Virus record (IMG/VR): IMGVR_UViG_3300042914_002678
Direction: 5' to 3' (one strand)
Length of the DNA: 64,000 nucleotides
Origin: a virus
Taxonomy: Duplodnaviria > Caudoviricetes
This document shows positions 11,401-18,689 of this stretch, piece by piece (position 1 is the first letter of the stretch; each line of letters opens with the position of its first letter). Both the position numbers and the translations under genes were made by a program. The notes beneath the pieces were generated by a model. It was not told the origin of the DNA, ran no database searches, and saw only the letters and a list, made by a program, of their open reading frames with translations.

Positions 11401-12939
11401 ATTGCATCTATCGGAAGAGATGCAAGATTTACAGTAGTTTCTATTGGAACAACAAGTGAACTAATTTTAGATAACGTCCAAGGAAACTTTTTAACTGGTG
11501 CTGGATATACAATGATGTATACCAACAGCTCTGGTATAGTTACAACTTTAAATTATTCTAGAGGAGGTAATGTAACTCCAACATCAATAGTGGTTGAAAA
11601 TGATGGACTTCACATTAAAGTCAATCATAAAAACCATGGAATGTATGCTCCAGAAAACTTTGTAGAAATAAAAGGTGTCCTTTCCGATATAGTTCCAACA
11701 AGATTAACAGCGCAATATGACGCAACTTCAACAGGACCAATTGCAATTCAAGATCCAACAAACTTTGGAACATTTGAAAATGTTGGTGTTGGAACTACAA
11801 ATACGGGATATGTATTAATTGAAAATGAAATCATCGAATACACATCAGTTTCTGGAAGCAACCTTGGAGGAAATATTGTAAGGGGAATTAATCCCCGCAC
11901 ATACCCAGTAGGAACTCCTGTTTACAAATATGAACTTGGTGGAGTTAATCTTTCTAGGATAAACAAAGTCCATAGTTTGTCTGATGCAACGGTATCGAAT
12001 CCTATTACGTTCGATTCATACCATCTAAAATTAGATATGGAAGCACTTAATGTAAATAATGACGATAGAAGTGATGATGTTGGATATCCAGCTCTATATC
12101 TAAATCAAACTAAGTCTGCTGGTGGTTATAACATCAGAGCATCTCAAAATATGCCATTTGAGATTATAACCCCTATGGTACAAAATGTTACTGTTAGTGG
12201 AACCAATTTGAGTGGAGAAATCAAGACGACTACTGGTAAGAGTATGAGTGGTAATGAGATACCGTTTGTAGATAATGGTTTTGAACCAATAACTATCAAT
12301 GAACCAAATTATTTGGATACTCCAAGAATTATAGCATCGGACATTAACGAATCAAATAGACTTCTTGGAAATAAATCCTTGAACATGAGACTTTTACTGA
12401 ATACAACTGATAGTAGAATTACTCCAATTATTGATGCACAAAGAATAAATGTCATTACAACTTCAAATAGAGTCAATGACATTATTGAAAACTATGCAAC
12501 AGATAGAAGAGTAAATGGGTTTACTTCAGATCCAACAGCTTGTCAGTATATTTCTAAAGAGATTCTTTTAGAAAATTCAGCATCTTCTATCAAGATTTTG
12601 GTTGCTGCTCATGTAAATGTAAATTCTGATATTAGAGCATTCTATGCAATTGGAAATGAACCAGGATTTAATCCAATATTTGCACCATTCCCAGGTTATT
12701 CAAACTTGGATGTTAGAAATAGGATTATTGCTGCAGAAAACAACAATGGAGAACCAGATGTATTTGTTTCAAAAACAAATTCATATGGATTTGGAAATGA
12801 TGTTGAATTCAAAGAATATACGTTTAGCATAGATCAGTTACCACCATTTAGAACATATAGAGTTAAGTTGATTTTAACATCAACAAGTCAAGTATATGTT
12901 CCAAGACTTAAAGACTTAAGAGTAATTGCTCTTGCATAA
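5485..12939 (+). CDS. Very large virion structural protein (2484 aa; DUF4815/VrlC-like)
   Basis: N-terminus NLNVAPYFDDYD...KVLFKPGYPVQARELTTLQSILQNQ and APGADRLKI motif, typical of the large structural protein that follows gp8 in cyanomyoviruses; C-terminus VPRLKDLRVIALA. Confidence 0.8.
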   Translation: MSQQTNLNVAPYFDDYDPASDYHKVLFKPGYPVQARELTTLQSILQNQIERFGRHLFKEGAKVIPGNTLYNSKYPCIQLNTTYQGVPVAAYADQLVGTKITGQSSGISAFVDKILLPQDSERGVLTLYINYLNSSTTNNSSETFFDGELLTCSATLTSGLLGNTSITSGSPFAITIENNAAAIGCAYSIQDGVYFVRGNFVNVQKETLILDQYSNTPNYRVGLYVQEDIVNANIDETLNDNSQGFNNYSAPGADRLKISLRLFKKSLDDNNDNNFVELASLRNGKISSVYERGDLGGGPGYNEVIDLLASRTYAESGDYFVKPFDINLVDSLNDDVGNRGLFQTGQLTYNGSVPSDDLAVYQISSGRAFIRGYDCNVPNQTFLDVDKPRTTKTLKDQSIIYNTGPTLKLNRVYGSPILGIGNTYALSLRDQRRASGIATVGKEIGVARVYDCRLESGSYSASNANTNQWNISLYDVQTFTDLTLNSAVDLSVPTYVKGANSGATGFIRYDVSSGVAVTVYNTTGEFIPNESLIFDGIGNGRIAIAVTTYSISDVKSVHGTNDGIVGVGSTFLGDVIQSIGYNVGIATISAAGGGISTVRSSNQDFPGTIVRKNNLVQYTNPASPNINYAKVVSVGATSIVIEAVTNVTGVVSGDLPTSQLNVTDFKILATKLERSTDNTLYTRLPKVNIASVDLTNAQLTIRKTFTVNISGNQLSSPVNAGTNETFLGFDEERYSLIRSDGTTEELTADKFAFLLGGSQLQIYNLGSNDTGATLTATLRKIKPKAKEKIKNRVNSITITKSKYSASGIGSTTLNDGLSYGNYPFGTRVQDEILSLNVPDIIEIHGIFESTSASDNATAPRVVLSSIISESTTTSELIVGELIKGQTSGAVAIVAEKLTDSQISFVYKNQGGYRFKEGETLTFAESNVTATALTIDSPSFDISHNYTFKTGQQDTYYGYGSLIRNEQSQEPSKKLKVYFSNGYFDATDDGDITTVESYKQFNYSKDILSVGNVSPKDTIDIRPRVSQFNVQENARSPLEFYGRTFNPSLGSAKNILASDETILTTFSYYQGRIDRIFLTREGVFQVKYGQPSDKPEMPVSVDEALEIATITFPPYLYRTEQASIKYLEHKRYRMVDIKQLETRIRNLEYYTTLSLLETNTANLFIPDADGFNRFKSGFLVDNFSSFISQETNYGIKNSIDLTNKELRPAHYTNSIDLIFGPVSNTSPTEFSPIEGVNIRKSNDVITLDYAEVEWLKHSYGTRLESVTPFLVNFWEGTLELTPESDTWVDTTRLEARIIETEGNYAQTVNDLARTDNLDPQTGFAPVVWGAWVANWTGATQIVRSTTQTNEWRGGDGWAEQITRLNTFEETREAGSESRTGTQIVVTEQFDRTSVGDRVVSRELIPFMRSRNIEFFARKVKPLTRVYPFFNGVDMSRFCVPKLLEVSMVSGTFQVGETVSGTVITTGLNPQLFDRVPRISFRLAQANHREGPYDSPTRIYRLNPYDSANQPLPSTYSSTSTILNVDTYSLAAQVLGQFSGYIDIGMSLVGQTSGARATITNNRLISDLSAVVAGSLFVPNPNCVNHPRFAVGDIPFRLISDSNNNVDLSTTIAERNFSASGTHETVQENIISVRNANVQVQTARQDRGITRSLGTRLASSEIISRNFWTWAVGGGGGDPLAQTFFINETTGIFVTKCDFFFGTKDDMDIPLMFSIRPVVNGFPTQEMLPFSVIVVDPDQINTSSDGSVATTIEFDAPVYLESGREYALILDSQSTKYNVFISRVGENDLITDEFVAQQPYLGSLLKSQNGSTWEPSQWDDLKFTLYRADFVESGSVELYNPQLREGNGQIPTLLPDALTPNSRRIRVGLGTTLADSGYVLGNTFSQLGTYGTGNLVGVAGSATGSLTVSNAGIGYTPSISGYTFPGVNLVTLTGNGRGATAEVSISNGVAIAATITNGGSGYQIGDVLGITTIGIASIGRDARFTVVSIGTTSELILDNVQGNFLTGAGYTMMYTNSSGIVTTLNYSRGGNVTPTSIVVENDGLHIKVNHKNHGMYAPENFVEIKGVLSDIVPTRLTAQYDATSTGPIAIQDPTNFGTFENVGVGTTNTGYVLIENEIIEYTSVSGSNLGGNIVRGINPRTYPVGTPVYKYELGGVNLSRINKVHSLSDATVSNPITFDSYHLKLDMEALNVNNDDRSDDVGYPALYLNQTKSAGGYNIRASQNMPFEIITPMVQNVTVSGTNLSGEIKTTTGKSMSGNEIPFVDNGFEPITINEPNYLDTPRIIASDINESNRLLGNKSLNMRLLLNTTDSRITPIIDAQRINVITTSNRVNDIIENYATDRRVNGFTSDPTACQYISKEILLENSASSIKILVAAHVNVNSDIRAFYAIGNEPGFNPIFAPFPGYSNLDVRNRIIAAENNNGEPDVFVSKTNSYGFGNDVEFKEYTFSIDQLPPFRTYRVKLILTSTSQVYVPRLKDLRVIALA

Positions 12940-12940
12940 T

Positions 12941-13174
12941 ATGGAAAAACACGGAGTTGAAGGATATTCGGATCTCGCAAGAGATCCGGATACAAATTGC
13001 ATATTAAATGTAAATCGTTCTGAATATGAGCAGTATATTGCTAGAAGAGTAGCAAAAAATGAAAAGAATCAAAAGGTACAAACAATTGAACAAGAAGTTG
13101 CTAGTATGAAAGGTGATATTGATGAGATAAAATCACTACTAAAGGAGTTGTTAAATGGATCCCGACAAAATTGA
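12941..13174 (+). CDS. Small conserved phage protein with C-terminal coiled coil
   Basis: ATG at 12941 right after the upstream stop (the ORF track uses an upstream TTG). Sequence VEGYSDLARDPDTNCILN followed by a heptad-like tail. Confidence 0.7.
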   Translation: MEKHGVEGYSDLARDPDTNCILNVNRSEYEQYIARRVAKNEKNQKVQTIEQEVASMKGDIDEIKSLLKELLNGSRQN

Positions 13175-13346
13175 GCTAGAAAATTTGAGCAAGAGTTTTG
13201 AATTCTTTAAAGTTTCTGCAGAAATAGATAATATAGATGATATTGACCAATTAAGACTTATAGCAAAGTCTTATTATAAATTATATCTCAAACAACAGGA
13301 AGTTGTATCAACACTAGGCTTAATGGGAGTATCAGATGGCGAGTAA
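13155..13346 (+). CDS. Small two-helix protein, possibly NblA-like
   Basis: 63 aa, overlapping both neighbours as expected in an operon. Helix pattern LSKSFEF...IDNIDDIDQL...YYKLYLKQQE. Confidence 0.65.
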   Translation: MDPDKIELENLSKSFEFFKVSAEIDNIDDIDQLRLIAKSYYKLYLKQQEVVSTLGLMGVSDGE

Positions 13347-13725
13347 GACAATCACATTTGACCCAAATGCTGGAGTTCCAGTTGGAGCAAACCTTACTAT
13401 ACATACAGGTGCAGATTTTGTAACTAATTTTACAGTACAGAACACTTCAAATTCTGCATTTAATCTTACAGGATATACTGGATCGGCAGCAATGTCTAAA
13501 AGTGTTTCTATTGGTGCAACACTTGGAATAACAACTTCATTTGCAGTTGGGTTTACTAGTGCATATGCTGGTAAATTTAAAGTTTCTTTGGGTTCCACTC
13601 AAACTAGATCATTAAAAGAGGGTAGATATGTATATAACATATTAGTGAGTTCAGGTTCAACTGTTTATAATTTGGTAAACGGTAATGTTTTAGTTATTGC
13701 AGGGATAACTACAGCGCCATCATAA
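13336..13725 (+). CDS. Small virion protein, Ig/BppU-N-like beta sandwich
   Basis: GADFxxxFTV...FNLTGY...GKFKVSL...LKEGRYVYNILV pattern; located before gp13. Confidence 0.65.
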   Translation: MASKTITFDPNAGVPVGANLTIHTGADFVTNFTVQNTSNSAFNLTGYTGSAAMSKSVSIGATLGITTSFAVGFTSAYAGKFKVSLGSTQTRSLKEGRYVYNILVSSGSTVYNLVNGNVLVIAGITTAPS

Positions 13726-13728
13726 ATA
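13722..13728 (+). promoter_or_regulatory. Late promoter (ATAAATA)
   Basis: ATAAATA overlapping the upstream stop, about 20 nt before the gp13 start. Confidence 0.7.
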
Positions 13729-13749
13729 TTCTCAAGGGAGAAACTGTAA

Positions 13750-14595
13750 ATGGCACAACCATCAAGTAGGGCAGACCTAATAAATTATTGCAAAAGACAA
13801 CTGGGAGCACCGGTTTTAGAAATCAACGTTGCAGATGAACAAGTTGAGGACTTAGTAGATGATGCTTTGCAATATTTTCACGAAAGACACTTTGATGGTG
13901 TTGGACAAGTATTTTTAAAATATCAAATAACTCAAGATGATATTGATAGGGGAAGAGCACCTAGAGATAATACAACTGCAGGAATTGTAACGTCTACTGC
14001 ATCTGCTACTATAAATGGTTCTTCAGTATCATTTTCATACAAAGAAAATAGTAATTTCTTACAAATACCACCAGCAGTAATTGGTATTACCAAAATATAT
14101 CACTTTGATGGAACTAATACTACAACAAATAATATGTTTAGTATTAAGTATCAATTATTTCTGAATGATATTTACTATTGGGGTTCAACTGAAATACTAA
14201 CTTATGCAATGACAAAGACATATCTAGAAGACTTAGATTTTCTTTTGACTACACAGAAACAAATTAGATTCAATCAAAGGCAGGATAGATTATATTTGGA
14301 CATTGATTGGGGAAGTGTTAATGTTGGAGATTACATCATCATTGATTGTTACAGAACATTGGATCCAAATGATTATTCAAGGGTTTGGAATGATTCCTTC
14401 CTAAAGAAATATCTAACTTCTCTGATTAAAAGACAGTGGGGACAGAATCTTATCAAATTCCAAGGAGTTAAACTTCCTGGTGGAGTTGAATTAAATGGTA
14501 GACAAATTTATGATGATGCACAAAGAGAATTAGATATTATTGCAGAGAAAATGTCATCTACTTATGAACTACCACCATTAGATATGATTGGTTAA
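13750..14595 (+). CDS. gp13: Neck protein gp13
   Basis: LINYCKRQLGAPVLEINV, WGQNLIKFQGVKLPGGVELNG and PPLDMIG motifs. Confidence 0.95.
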   Translation: MAQPSSRADLINYCKRQLGAPVLEINVADEQVEDLVDDALQYFHERHFDGVGQVFLKYQITQDDIDRGRAPRDNTTAGIVTSTASATINGSSVSFSYKENSNFLQIPPAVIGITKIYHFDGTNTTTNNMFSIKYQLFLNDIYYWGSTEILTYAMTKTYLEDLDFLLTTQKQIRFNQRQDRLYLDIDWGSVNVGDYIIIDCYRTLDPNDYSRVWNDSFLKKYLTSLIKRQWGQNLIKFQGVKLPGGVELNGRQIYDDAQRELDIIAEKMSSTYELPPLDMIG

Positions 14596-14600
14596 TAAAT

Positions 14601-17174
14601 ATGCTTAATCCTTTTTTTCAACAAGGTTCAAGATCTGAACAAAACTTAATTCAGGATTTAATCAACGAACAGTTGAGAATGTATGGCGTTGAAATATATT
14701 ATCTACCAAGAAAATACTTAACTCAAAAAACAGTACTCAGAGAAGTAATTGAATCCAAATTTGACGATTCGTATCCAATAGAAGCATACCTAGAAAATTA
14801 TGAGGGTTATGCAGATAACACAACTTTATTATCTAAATTTGGTATTCAATCTACTCAAGAACTTACAGTAATAATATCGCAAGAGAGATTTGAAACGTAC
14901 ATATCTCCTCTGATTAAAAATGAAACTAATATTAAGTTATCGACGAGACCAAAAGAAGGAGACTTAATATATTTTCCCTTGGGAGATAGATTATTTGAGA
15001 TAAAATTTGTTGAACACGAAAAACCTTTCTATCAACTACAAAAAAATTACGTATATACTCTCAAGTGTGAGTTGTTTAGATATGAAGATGAAGTCATTGA
15101 TACTGGCATATCTGAGATTGATGATGTTTTAGAGCCAATCGATGGTTCAGATGGATCCGAATTTATAATTGGACCAATACAAACTTTAACTCTCGTTGGA
15201 GTTGGGATTACAGCAACTGCATTGACATCTCTTGTTGATGGTGCTATTAGAAGCATAACAGTAACAAATAGAGGTGGTGGATACAAGAGCGCACCTACTG
15301 TTGCAATATCATCAGCACCCAATGGCGGAATAACAGCAACTGCTGTAGCAGAAATGATAGGTGGAATTGTTGTATGTACTGATAATGTAAGTCCAGATTC
15401 TAAGTCAGTTCAATCTGTAAGGATTATTAATCCAGGTATGGGATACACCAGTAGACCTGGAATTAGATTTATTGGCGGCGGCGGATCCGGTGCTGCAGCA
15501 ACTGTTGGAATAGCAACAACAGGGTCTGTAGGTATTGTCACAGTAACCTCAGGAGGTTCTGGTTATACAACTGCACCAACAGTAACTTTCTCAACACCAA
15601 AACACGTTGGAGCTGCTGCCACTGCAATTATTGATACTACAGTTGGTACTGGTGGTAGTGTTTTATCTGCTGTTATTAGTCAAGGATCCTCAGCATACCT
15701 ATTCCCAGGAGGAACAACTGGTGGAGTATTTTATAGAGTCGCTCCATCAATTGTCTTTAGTTTGCCTTCTGGATCAGGAAATTCTGCTATAGCAACGGCA
15801 ACAATGGGAGATTATAACACAACTGGAGGAACTGTTGCTAATATAGCGATTACATCTGAAGGTAAGTTTTATGATCCAAATAATCCCCCAGTTGTTACAA
15901 TATCTTCTCCAGGAATAAGTTTTGCTAGTGCAACAGTTGATATTGGATATGGATTAAATGGAACTTCAATTAATCCATCACTAGTTGCATTTACAACAAC
16001 AGGTAGAGCATATACAACTGCCCCAGTGGTATCCATTTCAACTGGAGGAATATATGGAAATGATGCTCCAACACAAATCGCCGTTGGTATTGCAACTATT
16101 GATCCAATAACTGGTATAGTAACTGCTGTTGGATTTAACTCAACTACAGATCCATGGTGCGTTGGTACTGGTGCAACTATTGGATTTGGATATACCGTTG
16201 CACCAAGAATTACATTTTCTGGAAGTCCATCTCCAGTCACAGCAACCGCAACCGCAACAGTTGGAGTTGCTGGCACAATAACATCAATTTCTATAGGAAA
16301 TAGTGGATTCGGATATAGTGCTGGTTCAGTGGCTACTGTTAGCATAGCATCTCCAAGTGGAACAAATGAAGCATTTAGAGCACTAGGATTTACTACAATC
16401 AGATTTAATTCCGTTATTAGCACAGGAACAATTGCAGTTGGTTCTACCGCAATCACTGGTATTGGAACGACTAATATCTTAGTTGGAGATAGAGTAAGAT
16501 TATCAGTCGGTTATGATCAACCATATAATTTCATATCAACCAACGCATATGTTTCTCAGATTGGTATAAACACAATATACATGTCAACTGCGGCAACTAA
16601 TGTTGGAATAGCAACATCCGCGTTTGAATTTGGTATTGATCAGTGTGGAATTGTAACAGGTATAGGCATCACTTATGGTGGGGGTGGATACTTAACACCA
16701 CCAACTGTAACAATATCAAATGAGGTTTCTGATAAAAATTATATATCTGTTGCGGTAGGAATAAGAACCGCAACTGGAATATCAACCATCAATTCTGCAG
16801 GAGTTGTTACAGCAATCTATATTACTGACCCAGGAGAAGGATATATAATACCACCAACAGTATCATTCTCTTCACCATCCTTAACTTCTTCAGGAAACTT
16901 TATATTCAATGAAATTATTACTGGTTCCACAAGCGGAACTACTGCAAGGGTTAGATCATGGAATTCTGTTACGAGCACTCTTGAAGTTTCAAATGCTAGT
17001 GGTTCTTTCCTAATTGGAGAGAATATTGTTGGCACAGAATCTGGAGCTTCTCACCAATTAAGGAAATTCAATACAGACACGCCAAAGGATGGATATTCGG
17101 ATAATTCCCAAATAGAACTTGAGGCAGACTTAATTGTTGATTTTAGTGAATCAAACCCATTTGGTATGCCATAA
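14601..17174 (+). CDS. gp14: Neck/head completion protein gp14, with a large repeat insertion
   Basis: N-terminal EQNLIQDLINEQLRMYG, PKEGDLIYFP and FYQLQKNYVYTLKCELF core; C-terminal DFSESNPFG; about 10 GxGY repeat modules in between. Confidence 0.9.
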   Translation: MLNPFFQQGSRSEQNLIQDLINEQLRMYGVEIYYLPRKYLTQKTVLREVIESKFDDSYPIEAYLENYEGYADNTTLLSKFGIQSTQELTVIISQERFETYISPLIKNETNIKLSTRPKEGDLIYFPLGDRLFEIKFVEHEKPFYQLQKNYVYTLKCELFRYEDEVIDTGISEIDDVLEPIDGSDGSEFIIGPIQTLTLVGVGITATALTSLVDGAIRSITVTNRGGGYKSAPTVAISSAPNGGITATAVAEMIGGIVVCTDNVSPDSKSVQSVRIINPGMGYTSRPGIRFIGGGGSGAAATVGIATTGSVGIVTVTSGGSGYTTAPTVTFSTPKHVGAAATAIIDTTVGTGGSVLSAVISQGSSAYLFPGGTTGGVFYRVAPSIVFSLPSGSGNSAIATATMGDYNTTGGTVANIAITSEGKFYDPNNPPVVTISSPGISFASATVDIGYGLNGTSINPSLVAFTTTGRAYTTAPVVSISTGGIYGNDAPTQIAVGIATIDPITGIVTAVGFNSTTDPWCVGTGATIGFGYTVAPRITFSGSPSPVTATATATVGVAGTITSISIGNSGFGYSAGSVATVSIASPSGTNEAFRALGFTTIRFNSVISTGTIAVGSTAITGIGTTNILVGDRVRLSVGYDQPYNFISTNAYVSQIGINTIYMSTAATNVGIATSAFEFGIDQCGIVTGIGITYGGGGYLTPPTVTISNEVSDKNYISVAVGIRTATGISTINSAGVVTAIYITDPGEGYIIPPTVSFSSPSLTSSGNFIFNEIITGSTSGTTARVRSWNSVTSTLEVSNASGSFLIGENIVGTESGASHQLRKFNTDTPKDGYSDNSQIELEADLIVDFSESNPFGMP

Positions 17175-17177
17175 ATA
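17171..17177 (+). promoter_or_regulatory. Late promoter (ATAAATA)
   Basis: Overlaps the gp14 stop, upstream of gp15. Confidence 0.65.
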
Positions 17178-17218
17178 ATTTTTATTAGAATCAAATAATA
17201 TCATAAAGGAATCTAGAT

Positions 17219-18220
17219 ATGTTTGAATATTTTTACAACGAAATTTTGAGAAAGACTGTCATTTCATTTGGCACGTTATTTAATAATATTAATATCAAAC
17301 ATACAAATTCTTCGGGGGATGTTGTAAGTGTTATCAAGGTTCCTCTGGCATATGGACCCACTCAAAAGTTTCTTGCTAGATTAAATCAATCACCAGATTT
17401 AAACAAAAGTGTTGCAATGACATTACCAAGAATGTCATTCGAATTTACTGGTCTAACTTATGATCCATCTAGAAAAGTTACAACAACTCAGCAGTTTACA
17501 GTAAAGGATCCAAATAACGGGACAGAAACAAAAAAAGCATATATGCCAGTTCCTTATAATATGCAATTTGAACTAAGCATTATGGCAAAATTAAATGATG
17601 ATGCTTTGCAAATAGTCGAACAAATATTGCCATATTTTCAACCATCATACAATCTAACAGTTGAATTGGTGGATTCTATCAATGAAAAAAGAGATATACC
17701 AATCATATTAGAAAATGTAACTTTTCAAGATGATTATGAAGGCGATTTCACAACAAGAAGAGTTCTTCTTTATACACTAAGATTTACTGCAAAGACGTAT
17801 CTATTTGGTCCTGTTACAAGTGCTACAAAGGATATCATCAAAACTACAAAAATCAGTTACCTCACTGGCACAGATACCTCAAATACAACAAGGGAGGTTG
17901 TTTATACAGCAACTCCACGAGCAATCAAAAATTATACGGGCATTGTCGTCACAACTTTATCAAAAGATATTTCAACAACAGATACTATAATTAATGTTGA
18001 GAATGCATCATCAATCTCTACAAAAACATATCTCGATATTGGCGGCGAGGAAGTATATGTAACCTTAAAATCGGGCAATGCACTGACTGTTAAGAGAGGG
18101 CAAGATGGAACTACAGTTACTTCTCATCTAAGAGGCGAAGATGTTAAATCAATAACAACTGCAGATAATGCATTGATTGAAGAAGGAGATGACTTTGGAT
18201 TTAGTGGTTCGATAGGATGA
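17219..18220 (+). CDS. gp15: Tail sheath stabilizer / completion protein gp15
   Basis: MFEYFYNEILRK, VPLAYGP, LPRMSFE, VEQILPYFQP and YTLRFTAKTYLFGP motifs. Confidence 0.95.
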   Translation: MFEYFYNEILRKTVISFGTLFNNINIKHTNSSGDVVSVIKVPLAYGPTQKFLARLNQSPDLNKSVAMTLPRMSFEFTGLTYDPSRKVTTTQQFTVKDPNNGTETKKAYMPVPYNMQFELSIMAKLNDDALQIVEQILPYFQPSYNLTVELVDSINEKRDIPIILENVTFQDDYEGDFTTRRVLLYTLRFTAKTYLFGPVTSATKDIIKTTKISYLTGTDTSNTTREVVYTATPRAIKNYTGIVVTTLSKDISTTDTIINVENASSISTKTYLDIGGEEVYVTLKSGNALTVKRGQDGTTVTSHLRGEDVKSITTADNALIEEGDDFGFSGSIG

Positions 18221-18639
18221 AAATGACTAAAAAATTTGATGGATTGAATGATGCCTTTAATATTGAAGGTGAAATAGTGTCAAAAGACACTGAGATTGAA
18301 AAGATTGAGAAGATAAAGTCTTCGGTTGAAGATGTAAAAAAAGATTATGAATACACTAGAGGAAATTTGTATTCTTTGATAGAAAAGGGACAAGAAGCGA
18401 TTAACGGTATTCTTGAACTTGCCCAAGAAAGTGAGATGCCAAGAGCGTATGAAGTTGCTGGACAATTGATTAAAAATGTGGCAGATGCAACTGATAAATT
18501 GATGGACTTACAGAAGAAGTTGAAAGACGTTGAGGAAGACAAAACAAAAGGTCCAACCAATGTCACAAATGCATTATTTGTTGGTTCGACTGCAGATTTG
18601 GCAAAATTGCTAAAGAATCAAAACTTGAAAAATGAGTGA
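18217..18639 (+). CDS. gp16: Terminase small subunit gp16
   Basis: DYEYTRGNLY, PRAYEVAGQLIK and NALFVGSTADL motifs. Confidence 0.92.
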   Translation: MKMTKKFDGLNDAFNIEGEIVSKDTEIEKIEKIKSSVEDVKKDYEYTRGNLYSLIEKGQEAINGILELAQESEMPRAYEVAGQLIKNVADATDKLMDLQKKLKDVEEDKTKGPTNVTNALFVGSTADLAKLLKNQNLKNE

Positions 18640-18651
18640 TTTTTTAGTAAA

Positions 18652-18658
18652 ATAAATA
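18652..18658 (+). promoter_or_regulatory. Late promoter (ATAAATA)
   Basis: Intergenic, upstream of the 1332-aa ORF. Confidence 0.65.
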
Positions 18659-18689
18659 CATTTATATATGGACAATGGAGCAATAATAG

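Noticed and set aside
15047-17035. Several minus-strand ORFs within gp14
   Set aside because: Shadows of the low-complexity G/T/A/V repeat coding region.
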